A stretch of DNA of 64,000 nt from Octopus vulgaris (taxonomy: Eukaryota). Numbering within the stretch: position 1 is the first letter of the stretch; every line of letters starts with the position of its first letter. The notes below the pieces were generated by a model that saw only the letters and a list, made by a program, of their open reading frames with translations, searched no databases and was not told the DNA's origin. Of this stretch, positions 12,468 to 26,410 are shown one piece after another. The position numbers and the translations under genes are program-made. The DNA lies in assembly GCA_951406725.2 (NCBI GenBank), contig OX597821.1, forward strand, positions 104,408,001-104,472,000, in the 5' to 3' direction.

Positions 12468-12839
12468 AGGAGATGGCATTTTTGAGCATGCTGTATACGC
12501 TTCTATGGAGAAGGGCCAAACTAATGAGCCATCCTATGTGGTAAACATTTTTGGCTAAAATGTGATAGAGGTATTAGATGATGTGCTTAAAATGAGTTCA
12601 AAGTAGTAGATGCAGTTGGAACACGTTTCATCATTTACATCGCTTCATAAAGGCCGATTCAATATTTAATAACAAAAGCAAGAAGCGAGAGTTAGAAATT
12701 GAGGTCGTATTGAGTGGAATTAATAGATTTAATGCAGCAGAAAAAATATGAGATGAAAACGAAGAAACGTACTCAATTCTCAAAAGGATATGCATGATTG
12801 TGCAGTTAAATCACGCGATAAAATAAGACGACTTACACG

Positions 12840-13036
12840 ACAGCTACAACAGCTGCTGCTGCTGCTGCTACTGCTGCTGCAACTGCTGCAACTGCTGCTG
12901 CATCTATTACTAGTTCTACAAGTACTGCTGCGGTTTCTGTTGCATCTGCTGCTGCTTTTGGTGTTGCTAAAAATGATACTAATAGAAACCATTATAATAG
13001 TAAGAAAAAGGAAGCGGAGGAGAGAGGAACAAGACA

Positions 13037-13073
<37 letters not shown>

Positions 13074-13620
13074 CGATGACGGTAGCGGTAATGATGGTAG
13101 TGATGATGGCTGTGGTGATGCTGATGCTCCTTCTCCTGCTGACGATAATGATGATGTTGGTGATGGTGGTGGTACTCGAGTGTGAGTGACAGAGGTGGTG
13201 GCGATGGTGATGATAATGATGACGATGACGTCACCGATGATGATGATGATAATCATGACGAGCATGATGACGGTAATGATGATGAGGATGTTGTTGATGA
13301 TGATGATGGTGGTGGTGATGCTGCTGATAATGATGATGTTGGTGGTGATAGTGTCAGAGGTGGTGGCGATGATGATGATGATGATGATAATCATAACGTC
13401 AGCGATGATGAGGATGATGGCGATGATGATGACGGTACCGATGATGATGGTGTTGATGATCTTAGTGATGATGGTGGCGGTGATGCTGCTGCTGATAATG
13501 ATGATATTGGTGGTAATGGTACTGGGGATGCAAGTCTCAGAGGTGGTGGCGATAATGATGATGATGATGATGATGATGAAGATGAAGATGAGTATTGAAA
13601 TCGACGATGATGACGATAAA
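12840..13620. repeat. Compound trinucleotide tract (CTG, GAT, GGT) with higher-order periodicity
   Basis: The anchor cagaggtggtggcgat recurs at about 13190, 13355 and 13537. Confidence 0.9.
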
Positions 13621-14734
13621 TGGTTGAAAATAAAAGAGAACCGAGAAAGAAATACAAAAACTAACGAAGAACAATAGCTAAAATCAAATTGAATCAAAGG
13701 AAAAATCTTTCAAAAGTCTTTAAAAAAAGAAAAAAAGATGTAATATAAATAATAAAAAAAAAGAAAGATAATAAATATACAATAAAATATTTTAAAAATT
13801 TATTTTTCTTGACATTTCTAAAACAGAATTATTTTAAGAATGAATAACCACCCAAACTCCAAGCTAGAAAGAAAGCCTTTTCTCATGAGAAAATATATAT
13901 ACTGTGAGCTTTTTCAATAAAACAACTTTTACGAAAATAGAATTTGTGCAATAAATTATCTTAACGTGACTTATTCCCTTACTAGTCTTAGCTATTCTGT
14001 TGTTGTTGTTGTTGTTGTTGTCGTTGCTCTTTTTGCCACTGTTGTCATTTATAGATATCGCTAAATGTCTAGATGACTGGAAACGTGATTGTGTGTTTCG
14101 TGTAAATGTTTATACGAAAATGAATGCGATGGTGCGTGCCTATAGGTGTGTTTGTGCGTTTGTTTTGAAGATTGCTGCGCGTGCAAGCGGACGTGAGTGC
14201 GTATGCTTATGTGGAAGGAAGTGTGTGAATGTGCGTAAAAGTCTTTGTGAATTGGAACAGAGATACTAAAATATAATCCCAATGCACTATCACTGACTTA
14301 AATATTTGCTATAAATCAGCTTAATAATCCGAAATATATATATATATATGTACCGTAAAAGTTAAACAGCGTAAGTAAGTACTGAAGGAAAACATGAAAA
14401 TAAAATATATAAAACAAAGTATTGAAATGGTATTTAAAAAATTCAGCGGCTCTTTATGAATATTTCTATCAATAGAGTTGTAAAACAATATTTTATTATT
14501 ACATGTACATAAAGTCACAGTAATGTGCAGCCATGGTAGGGAATGGGGGTGATGCCGATCATATCATATTCTTAACATAATCGATACATTTTTATCGGAA
14601 AAGAATTATAACAGTTTAACTCGACATTATGGTGATTCGAACTGAAAACATAAATGGATTCAACTAAATGCATACAAGCATTCCTCTGTCCTTTTAACGA
14701 ACTAATTCAACTTAAACAAAACTGTAATATTATT

Positions 14735-15772
14735 TTCTACTCTAGGCACAAGGCCCGAAATTTTTGTGGAGGGGCCATCCGATTAGTTCGACCCAGTATG
14801 CAACCGGTACTTATTTTATCAACTCCGAAAGGCAAAGTCGACCTCGGCGGTATTTGAACTCAGAACGTAAAGACAGACGAAATACCTATTTCTTTACTAC
14901 CCACGAGGGGTTAAACACAGAGGAGACAAACAAGGACAGACTGACGGATTAAGTCGATCATATCGACCCCAGTGCGTAACTGGTACTTAATTCATCGACC
15001 CCGTAAAGATGAAAGGCAAAGTCAATATCGGCGGAATTTGAACTCAGAACGTAATGACAGACGAAATACCGCTAAGAATTTCGCTCGGCGTGCTAATGTT
15101 TCTACCCTCACGCCGCCTTACATTTTTTGTAATATTGTTTCTAATATTCGTATCTACTGTAGACACAAGGCCCGAAATGTTTTGGGAGGTGGCCAGTCGA
15201 TTAGTTTGACCCCACTACGCAACTGGTACTTAATTTATCGACCCCGAAAGGATGAAAGGCAAAGTCGACCTCGGTGGAATTTGAACTCAGAACATAAAGA
15301 CTGACGAGATACCCCTAAGCACCTTGCACGTTGTGCTAACATTTCTGCCAGCACAGCGCTTTACTTTTTATAATATTGTTTCTAATATTGTCTGAAGGTG
15401 TTGAGCAGGCAAAATCTTTATAGCACGCCGGTAAAAGTGATTAACAGCATTTCGTCCACTTTTGCGTTCTGAGTGCAAGAAACCCAAAGTTGTATTTGCC
15501 TTTCATTCTTTAGGGATCAATGAAATAAATACCAGTTGAAATCTAGGTCCTATGTTATTATTTCTACTGTAGGCACAAGGCATAAAAAAATTTGGGGGGG
15601 GGATAGTCGATCACATGGACCTCAGTGCGTAACTGGTACCTATTTCATCGACCCCCGAAGTAATCAAAAGCAAAATTGCCCTCAGCGGAATTTGAAATCA
15701 GAATATAGCCGCAGACGTAATAGCAATAATAATTTCGCCCGGCGTCGTAACGTGTGTCAGCTTGATGCCTTC
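14735..15772 (-). mobile_element. Cluster of four to five same-orientation SINE B units
   Basis: Repeated ggcaaagtcgacctcggcggaatttgaactcagaacgt and cacaaggcccgaaa blocks. Confidence 0.85.
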
Positions 15773-15848
15773 TGGGGCATATTTAATCGACCCACCCCGA
15801 AATTGGTGGTCTTGTGGCGAAATTTTAAATTAATATATATTCATAAAA

Positions 15849-16006
15849 GTGCAGGAGAGGCTGGGTGGTAAATTGCTTGCTTACCAACCACATGGTTCCT
15901 AGTTCAGTTCTACTACGTGCCAACTTGGGCAAGTGTCTTCTATAGCCTCGGGCTGTCAAAGCCTTCTGAATGGATTTGGTAGACGGAAACTGAAAGAAGC
16001 AGATCG

Positions 16007-16045
<39 letters not shown>

Positions 16046-16268
16046 GTGTATATGTTTGTGTGTCTCTGTTTGTCCCCCCAACATCGCTTGACAACCGATG
16101 TTGGTGTGTTTACGTTCCTGCAACTAAGCGTTTCGGCAAAAGAGATTTATAGAATAAGTACTAGGCTTACAAAGAATAAGTTCTGGGCTTGATTTGCTCG
16201 ATTAAAGGCGGTCCTCCAGCATGGTCGCAGTCAAATCATTGAAACAAGTAAACGAGTAAAAGAGTAAA
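15849..16268 (+). mobile_element. SINE family A, full length
   Basis: Aligns with 10033-10440. Confidence 0.88.
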
Positions 16269-18143
16269 AAAGTGATCGTCTGCAATTTGAGGGAAGAGAT
16301 CGGCCGGTCTGTTGCATCACTGATACTTATTTTATCCACGCTGTAACGATAACTCACACAACGGAACTCGGTGGATTGGAACTCAGTGTGTAAGGTCCCG
16401 GAAGACTTCTCTACAGGTACATACTTTTTCGAAAGGAAAAGTGTTTAGGGAGGCAATGTAAGAATTAGCGTGATTGGAAGGCAGAAAACAACGGCGCGTT
16501 GCTAAACATCGCAAAGCATTGTGTTATTCAATCTTCACTCTGCCAGTTTCCAACTCACAAAATATATTTTGCAATCACACGCACAAATGCACTCATTTAA
16601 CACTCAGGCAGAAACATGTGATTCCTAAATGATATGTAACATTCATCTTCTTCAATTTATTCTGATTTACATACACCTACTCACCTATTTCGTGTTAAGG
16701 AAATCTGGTCATGAATACAAGGTATAGTCATTTCGGCGTCGAACCTCAATGATCACTTTGTAGCAGAGAATTTTTATTAAAAATTTAATGCATTGTGTAT
16801 AATGGGAGCGGAGATTACTATATCGATATCCAATAAGAAAACAAACAATATAGAGAATGGTAAATCGGAACCTGACAATGTAATATATATTCGATGAAGA
16901 TACGAGACCCACCCACCCACACACACATAAACACACACGTTTCTTATGCAACGCGTCATTAATTATTCATTCTATGCAAACAGCAGGAAAGAAGTGCTAG
17001 CTTACCTGGTTAAAATAAATTCCCCTTGGCAGGAAATAAATTTCTACCTCTCTATCGTATAGAGTTGTGTTGGACATGCAGGATTTCTCATGTGATCAGG
17101 GTTGTATAAATAAAAACACATGACACTATTATTGACTTCTTTATGTTGGTTTATGTAAAGTGTTTTGTTTATTATTTCCTCGACAATTGGATAACTGTTT
17201 TTATTGGTTATTGTATATGAGATTTTAGTTCTTCATGTTTGAGTTTGATTTATTAAAAAATCCAATAGCGATATTTCATCGCCTGTTTAGCTTTTGTTCA
17301 TTATAAGTCTCTGAATAATAATAATATCGAATTTTATGTTTATTTTGCGATTGCTATTTGTATTCACTGTCATTATGAATATACTGTCTCAATCTTACTT
17401 TATTTCGATACTGGTAGAAATATAAGATTATAAAATCATGTCTGAGATATAGGTGTACAAACAAGTAACATCAAAAGATGTATGTCTGGTCAATTATAAT
17501 AGTGTTGAGTTTAACATTTAACTATAAATATGTTACTGTAAGTTAATTTACCCCCAGGGAAATGTTTGAACTGAAAAGGTCTTAAAATTCTGAAGTGTAT
17601 TGTGTGTTTTGTTTCCACAATGATAATACATTCTTGTAATACAATCAGATAAAATGTGGGATTGTGCTCTGTATGGCTTGCTTTTACAGAATGTACTCAA
17701 AAGTATATAAACCTACACAAAAACATTTTCATTTAATATCTGTTCGCGGATAATTCATTAGCTGATCATGGTTATATTTCATTTGTATATAAGCAATGAA
17801 ATTCTGCATATACACGATCGAAACATCTGTTATTCACTTCGCTACGGTTTCCATATGAAATCTATGACTTCGCAAAGTACGTAAATATATCTCTAGAACC
17901 TACAAACGATCAATTCCATTAATTCTTTTGAATGATTGTTAAAAACAGTCATATAATGTCTCCTGATTACAATCACTTTCATACATTTGTACACATATAT
18001 ACACGAACAACTATATTTCGTATCACTATCACTTATCTTTCTTGTAAATGTTTACTAAAGACGTACTTTGGTAAAAACTATTGAGAAATGTTTCAGTTTA
18101 ATTTAAAGTTGCTTTGAAATATAAGGTAACATAGAGAGAATAC

Positions 18144-18193
<50 letters not shown>

Positions 18194-18292
18194 GTCTGTT
18201 TGTCACTCTGTCTGTATCTGTCTGTGCCTGTCTATCTGTCTGCCTGTCTATCTGTCTGTCTGTCTGTTTCTGTCTTTCTGTCTGTATGTCTC

Positions 18293-18379
<87 letters not shown>

Positions 18380-18650
18380 CGGCGTACGTACACTTTGGTC
18401 CCTTATATGTAAGTATATGTTTATCGAAATCTATTCTTTCTTTCTATCAGCCCTTCCACGCTAATTCTTTCATTCCACACTTCTTTCTACGATTTTTTGA
18501 CTGCTGTGTCGCCATTTTCCCGTGTATTTCAATAAGAAAAATGTTCACTTAAAGAGAATAACAAGCGGCATAATCCAAATATTTTACTTTTCAAAATTTC
18601 CATTTCTAAAGGGTCGAAACAAACCTGAGCAACACCGGGTGATACTGCTA

Positions 18651-18805
<155 letters not shown>

Positions 18806-19071
18806 TACACACACACACATACACAGACACTCACGCACACATGCTCTCACACACACGCACACACACACGCACATCTCTCTCTCTCTATATATATATATAT
18901 ATAGATATATATATATACTTATACATGCACACGCAAACACTCCCTCAAACGCCTCTCACAAGCACACACACGCATGTATATATATTACTCTACCACTGGT
19001 ATTTGAGTACTCTTTTTTACACCTTGTTTCACATTTATGTGTTTACTCCGGTATATATTTATATATATATA

Positions 19072-19412
19072 GGCGCAGGTGTAGCCGTGAGGTTAGATGT
19101 TTGCTAACCTCATCATTCTATATTCACTTCCTAGGAGTGACACCTTGGGCAAGCGTCTTCTACTATATTTTCGACCCAACCTGATGTTTGTGAGCGAATT
19201 TCGTCGAAAGTGGAAGTAGCCCGTACGACACAAACGTATTCGTGTATGTTTGTGTGCACATTGTTCTTGTTTACCTCTGTTTCTCAACCTACACCGCTTG
19301 AAAACCGTTGTTTTAGTTTTCATTCCTCTGTTTATTTTTGTTTCGACTATATTTTAAGACTAAAATTATACCAGCCAGGGCACTGTGTAATGACTGAAAC
19401 AAGCAAAAGATA
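19072..19412 (+). mobile_element. SINE family A, degenerate
   Basis: ggcgcaggtgtagccgtgagg...caccttgggcaagcgtcttctactata...aatgactgaaacaagcaaaaga. Confidence 0.7.
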
Positions 19413-19419
19413 AACATCA

Positions 19420-19641
19420 TTTGAGGGAGCGCTGAAAAGTTCCCGGTTTTAAGATTATCACGAAAGGCCTCGTTGGAAGCCCAAACTACCGAGACCTTTT
19501 ACGGGGCTTAGGAAAACTGAAGAAACGCTGCAATAAATATGTGTGAATCTGAGAATGGAATAAGTTGACTAAAATCATAATTAACTGATCCTCGTGTATT
19601 TTCTCTTACTTAAGCCAGAAACATTCCAGCACCTCCTCGTA
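19420..19641 (+). mobile_element. Mariner-derived MITE or internal deletion derivative (about 220 bp)
   Basis: Imperfect TIRs gagggagcgctgaaaagttcccgg and ccagaaacattccagcacctcctcg-TA. The interior resembles a mariner C-terminus (KLKKRCNK..VNLR). Confidence 0.6.
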
Positions 19642-20259
19642 TGATCTATCTCAATATGGTAATACATGGATGCAAAGAGACACATACACACAAAGATATA
19701 TGCACGCTCATATATCCAGTGAAGTTATACTTTTAGTTACTATGATAATCTACGTTTATACTCCTCTGAAAAGTTAGCTTTCTCTAATTTTACGTATATT
19801 CAATATTGCTAGAATATACAATACAGTTCTATTTCTGACGAAGTTCGTAATTGAATCTTACTTTTTTGGAAGAATAAAAAAAATCACGATTCTTGTTCTT
19901 CCTTGTATAGCTACGTTGTAGAGAATCATGTTTTCTTTTTCACTTTCTTGCCCTATGTCAGTTGCTAGCATTTATATGTCGTGGCAGAAAGAAAAAAAAA
20001 TTCCTGCTGCGATGTGGCGTTGATACAATAAGAAAAATTATCTTGAACAAGCACATCTCACTGATATAATATTATTTGTGCAGCGATGTATTGTCACGAT
20101 AAGGATTTTCTTTAAGAATAATACCTCACTGATACGATATCATTCGTGCTGTGCGTCTCACGATCTCTGATATAATACAGTTCGTGCTTTTATACGAGGA
20201 AGAATTACTTGTAAGAGGCAATCTCAAAGATATGATATAGACCTAGTGATTTAACAATC

Positions 20260-20326
<67 letters not shown>

Positions 20327-20340
20327 TATGCTTAATTCAT

Positions 20341-20550
20341 TTCTATTGCAAGGGACATAAATTACAAAATTCCATTGCACATGACGCTGGTCAGTTGTAG
20401 GAGCCAAGGTCAGCAAATTTTTGGGGACGACACGTCGATTTGATCGATCCCTAAGGATAAAAAGAAAAGTCACCACGGGAGATTTGAACTCAGAAATACT
20501 AGACACCAAGCATTTTATGCACGACGCTTACTGTGCTGCCAAATCGCCGC
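20341..20550 (-). mobile_element. SINE B, degenerate
   Basis: aggataaaaagaaaagtccaccacgggagatttgaactcagaa...ctgccaaatcgccgc. Confidence 0.55.
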
Positions 20551-21309
20551 ATTTTTAATGTGTTAGTTCCTATATATTACATATTTTATTTGGAGTTCAT
20601 AATTAGTGGATGTTTTAGCTGTGGTTATATTTAATCTTTGAGGAATTCTGCGTATTAAGCGATCCATGAGACCAATCACTTTACTATAATTTTTTACCTT
20701 CTCCGCATCAATAGGCTCAGATTTTATAAATGACCATTATATAATTTCTAAAAGTCTGGTTTAATTCGGCCAATGGTGATTACATTGGTAACATAAATAT
20801 ACATAGCATGTATTTCTTACACGACACCGTTTTACTGGCTCATGTTAAGACGTATTTACATAGTGACATTTCGTATTCAGCAGGCTATGCTGTATACCAG
20901 GCAAACATACTTCAACTCAAATTTCACAATAAAAGAGATATAATACAATACGCGAAACCTCTCGTTAGTATAGACACAGACAAATCTCCGTGAAAATCAA
21001 AATATGCGGGTTTTAGTGTTTGGATAATTTAGAGGAATGTAAAGGTTAGAATAGATTCCGATACGTAGTCAGATATAATCATTCTAAATTGACACGTTGA
21101 ATGATATTTATTCTTCTCTTGATTTAGTAATTGTCGAATTAAAATAACCTGAAAGTTTGAGTAAAGTTTATAGTAGACAAAACAGAAGAAATAGCAACAT
21201 TGTCGCCCATACCGCTAGAATGAGCAATCAGATCTCCAACGAATGATAAGCTTCTAGCTACGTTATCGAAGGACAACGCAAAAAGCACTTTTACATACGA
21301 GTGAATAAA

Positions 21310-21640
21310 CGTGTGATCGTATGGAATGCTTTCAATTATTGTCTAACCGATTTGTTTCGACTGGCTTATAAACTGATATTACCTTACAGATATGTCTCCC
21401 AAAATATGCTGTCACCATAAATTAGATAACTCCATGGTAGAACTCTGTTAGTAAAGCATTTGTTTTTCACGAACCACGTCCTATTCTATATCAGTACAAA
21501 TGTGCATCGTATCCTTGAAACACGGCTTAGAGCAAACACAAGGCAGACATCTCTCAAATTTAACATGTCTCTTAGAAGCTAATGCACGTCAGAACAAATC
21601 AGGTAGACAATAATTGAAAGCGTTCCAGATATGACCATGT
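21310..21640. repeat. Imperfect inverted repeat, arms about 55 bp (MITE-like)
   Basis: ggaatgctttcaattattgtctaaccgatttgtt vs aacaaatcaggtagacaataattgaaagcgttcc. Confidence 0.7.
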
Positions 21641-23034
21641 CATCACACTTTTTTTCACACATATTTAGAAGTATATTTGGCTGGCATACAGCCTAGATTG
21701 TTGAATACAAAATGTCACTATCTAATTACGTCTTAACATATGTTATGCGTGGACTACCAGAACAATGAAACTGGGGCTACTGATTCATACCTGACACCGG
21801 GCTAATTATTAAAACACTACTTTAACTGTGAAACTTGGGCGTTTATATGGTAAAGAATCCGGTTAGAAACGACAAGTAAATTGCCGTCGAATGATGAAAG
21901 AATATCATCTTAAGAAGTTGGATGACATATCGAATAATATAGTCCACATTATACATTACATACTACAACAAAAAGGGTAGAACGATCACACGGTTTGATC
22001 ATAATGTTATTTAATAGGAGCCAATTGTGAACTAAATCTGAACAAGAACAAGAACAACAACAATAAACACGCCATTGCATATTCCTTAGTGCTGCCTACA
22101 TATTCATAAACAAGATTCGGTACATTGGCACTCAACTGAATTTACTGAGTTCGTATCAAGTGAAGCGTGACGATCTCTGTACGTTATATCACATTAATGA
22201 TGTCAAATGACATATTCCATCAGATAGCAAAAGAACTTTCTCTAGGAAACATGTAATCTTTTAAAATTATTTTCATTAGGAGAAAAGTAAGATCTAAGAT
22301 GTTCATCTTCCCTTCTGCTTCTTCTTACCTTCATTATCATTTTCTCCCTTCTTTTTTTCTGTATCCGGAAATATCTTGTCAGTTGAGTAAACCTGTTAGA
22401 ACCAATCTTTTCTCTCTAGCATGATAACATTTTCGCTTCTACTGCTGTTGTCCCTTAGACAGAAATATTCATGAGCTCTTTTCATTGGTATACTATAACG
22501 TCCATGTATATAATTTTGCTCGGAGGAAGTTAATTCACATCAGAAATTCCGGAACGTGCCTATATGTCGTTTCTGTAAAGCGATTTAATGTGAAAAGGAA
22601 AGAAAAAAAAATAATCATTCACCACATAGGGACGAGGAATATTTTACGGTGATGCATCAAATATACTTTTTCTATTTTTCTTGATTTCTTTTTCATATTT
22701 CTGTGATATTCAGAACGCTAGATCGGTGTTACTTTTTAAGATTTATTTTATAAAGATATTTCACTGAAAATTAAAATGATTATGGTGATCAGAACAAGTT
22801 CCTTCATTACAAGTACTGTCACCAGTACATAAATTCTTCCAAAATAATTCGATGAAAAAAGAATAATAATGCAATAAAAAGACGCTGTATTTAAATTAGC
22901 AAATATTATTCATCAGCTGCAAAAGTAATTTCTGTTATTCGTTGTGTAAAATATTTTATATTCCACTGGGGCCAAATTTGCCTTCTTGTTAATCAACACG
23001 TCAGAGCATTGATATATGTATATGTATATGTGTG

Positions 23035-23160
<126 letters not shown>

Positions 23161-23162
23161 CA

Positions 23163-23226
<64 letters not shown>

Positions 23227-23352
23227 ATAATATATATATATATATATATATGTACGTGTGTGTATGTAGCTATTTAAATAACTTGATTTAATGATATAGC
23301 CAAATCCTATTTTATAAGAGATAACATATTTTCCTATGCATATTTCTAACTA

Positions 23353-23426
<74 letters not shown>

Positions 23427-23767
23427 GTATGAATGTGTGTGTATGTGTGTATCTATAAGATGGATTTCTATATATATAAAGAAGGATGCACTCTCAAAAC
23501 GCTAGGAAGAAATTTCATTAATATCAAGATAAATGTGATATTACTCCACACAAGTGTATATTTCGACGTGACAGAATATCATTAGCGGAGGAAATGTACT
23601 TTTACATATGTCAGACACGTAAATACAAAGCTCTGTTCCTCTATTTCATTAGCGTCGATGCGGAGACATGTTTTAGGGGTCAGTATCGACAATCTTATAG
23701 ACAGTCATCATGAATTTCATATATGCACGTAGCATGTACATAATGTTAGCTAGATATAATGGGGTCT

Positions 23768-24516
23768 AAGGTGGCGAGCTGGCAGAAACGTTAGCACGCC
23801 GGGCGAAATGCCGAGCGGTATTTCGTCTGTCTTCGTGTTCTGAGTTCAAATTCCGCCAAGGTCGACTTTGCCTTCCATCCTTTCGGGGTCGATAAATTAA
23901 GTACCAGTTACGCACTGGGGTCTATGTAATCGACTTAATCCGTCTGTCTGTCCTTGTTTGTCCCCTCTGTGTTTAGCACCATGTGGGTAGTAAAGAAATA
24001 GGTATTTCGTCTGCCGCTACGTTCTGAGTTTAAATTCCGCCGAGGTCGACTTTGCCTTTCGTCCTTTCGGGGTTGATAAATTAAGCACCAGTTACGTACT
24101 GGGGTCGATATAATCGACTTAATCTGTTTGTCTGTCCTTGTTTGTCGTCTCTGTATTTAGGCCCTTGTGTAGGTAAAGAAATAGGTATTTCGTCTGCCGT
24201 TACGTTCTGAGTTAAAATTCGGCCGAGGTCGACTTTGCCTTTCATCCTTTCGGGGTCGATTAAATAAGTACCAGTTACGCACTGGGGTCGATATAATCGA
24301 CTTAATGCGTTTGTCTGTTCTTTCTTGTCCTCTCTGTGTTTAGCCCCTTGTGGGTATTTCGTCTGTCTTTTATGTTCTGAGTTCATATTCCGCCGAGGTC
24401 GGCTTTGATTTTTATTCTTTCGGGGTCGATAAATTAAGTACCAGTTGTGTACTGGGGTCGATTTAATCGACTGCTCCTTCCTCTAAAATTTCAGGCCTTG
24501 TGATTAGAGTAGAACA
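23768..24516 (+). mobile_element. SINE B with one head and four tandem body units (about 170-184 bp each)
   Basis: ggtatttcgtctg restarts at about 23817, 24001, 24184 and 24354. Confidence 0.9.
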
Positions 24517-25246
24517 TTATATATACCGGAGAATATTTTATAAATTCTAAATGCTTACACACACTTTTTGTACGTATGTATAAAAATATGTATGTGCGTT
24601 TATGTGCATGTATATATGATTATGGGTGTATCAAACAATGTTTGTATACAGCATAGTGTAAGGCAATAATAAAAATGAGAAATCTGTGTTCTTTTCGACA
24701 TCGTGTAAAATATGTGAGAGAGAGGGAGAGAGTGAAGGAGGTGAGAGGGGTGATATTTTATATCCACCTTCAATTCTTAGAGTTAAAAGCACAACGCGTA
24801 ATCATATAACAATGAAAAAATAGTTTCTATATACATGCAAAATATTGGTAGGTATTTTGTTATCTTTTCCTACAGTTAATGCAATACAAGTATGTTATGG
24901 AAGATGAATCCTTACCTATACATCTTGGGCACGAATTAAAAGAAGGAAGGGAAACATTATGTAAGCTATATTTTTTCTCTCTAAGGAGCGACTAAATTAT
25001 GTGTTTGTATTGGCGGAGATGGAATTTCCACCGCCAGATTCGGTTTGAATTAGATTTATTACGCAAGAAATGTTACTTGCCATATTGACAAGTGAATAGA
25101 TATTTCCTAGCTGGAAAAGGAAACACTATAAGCAGTAGGGTAAATATTCCAGTTGACAATCAAAGATAGAGCAAATAAGAAAGAAAAAAAAAGGATGACT
25201 TTTGTTGGAAATGATAATTATATGTACATGCATGCACACAAATATA

Positions 25247-25362
25247 TACGAGGTGCATTCAAAAAGCATCCACCATTATCATGTACCGCCAAAACTAACG
25301 CTGTTGGGGTAAAATCAGTTGCGTAGTGGTGTGATAGCACCCTTCCTGCTCATGCAGGGAAA
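25247..25362 (+). mobile_element. Possible mariner 5' TIR remnant
   Basis: TA-cgaggtgcattcaaaaagcatcc resembles TA-cgaggtggtatcaaaacattcc at the end of the 32060-32765 element. Confidence 0.45.
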
Positions 25363-25460
25363 TTAATATATATATATATATAATAAATATTAGGGAATAA
25401 ATCCAAATTTACAGGGAAAAAATCAGATTTAGGATTAAATCCAATTTTATAGTAAAATAT

Positions 25461-25625
25461 TATATAATATTAATTAGAGACAAAACCACTATTTTGCAAA
25501 ACAAACAAGGAAAGACTTAATCAATACATAACATTTTAATAAAATTTTTTTACTTTTTATTAAAATTTTATGTATTGATTAAGTCTTTCCTTGTTTGTTT
25601 TGCAAAATAGTGGTTTTGTCTCTAA

Positions 25626-25638
<13 letters not shown>
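25461..25638. repeat. Near-perfect hairpin (84-bp arms, loop about 10 nt) in a (TA)n context
   Basis: 25461-25544 is the reverse complement of 25555-25638 with one mismatch. Confidence 0.95.
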
Positions 25639-25687
<49 letters not shown>

Positions 25688-25835
25688 TGTGGCAAGAAGG
25701 TTGCTTCCCAACCACATGGTTCCGGGTTTAGTCCCACTGCGTGACAACTTGGTCAAGTGTCTTCCACCGTAGCTCCGGGCCGACCAAACCCTTGTGAGTG
25801 AATATAGTAAGCGGAAACAGAAAGAGACCCGTTGT
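25688..25835 (+). mobile_element. SINE A, 5' half
   Basis: caaccacatggttccgggtttagtcccactgcgtgacaacttgg... Confidence 0.8.
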
Positions 25836-26410
25836 ATATATATATATATATTGATAGAAATGGTAAGACGACAAATGAATAAAAGAGACCTCGATATTAT
25901 ATAAATAGAAGAATTTATCTGTAAATGTAATATGTGACAATTATTCGGTAGCCATGAAAAAACTCGGAATTTATCATGGCTACGCAATTATTGTCACATA
26001 TTGCATTTGCACACACACAGACACACGTGCTTTTCTTACTATATCCCATTTCAGGATAAATTCTATATTATTCCTTTTCAGTTGCCAAATTTTACGAGCC
26101 CATGTTGTGCAACCTGCCTTATCTTTAAGCCTAAAGGAGGAAAAAATGATTGTTTAAACGTTTTTTTTGAAACTCTACTACCTTAATGTTCTTAAAATTC
26201 ACATCGACATCTTTGTCTATATATCTACCTTCTCTATAATGTTATCAATTAATATGGAAATTATGTATTAATGGAAAACCTCTATAAATGGCTGATGATT
26301 GCTCAATATTTTAAAACTGTTGTAATACTTACAATATACAATAAAATGATGTAGCGTCAAACGATCGTACCAAATTACCGGAGATATTCGTATTGCTTAT
26401 TTTGATTATA

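Noticed and set aside
12780-13697. 305-aa and overlapping low-complexity ORFs
   Set aside because: Open in several frames on both strands because of trinucleotide repeats.
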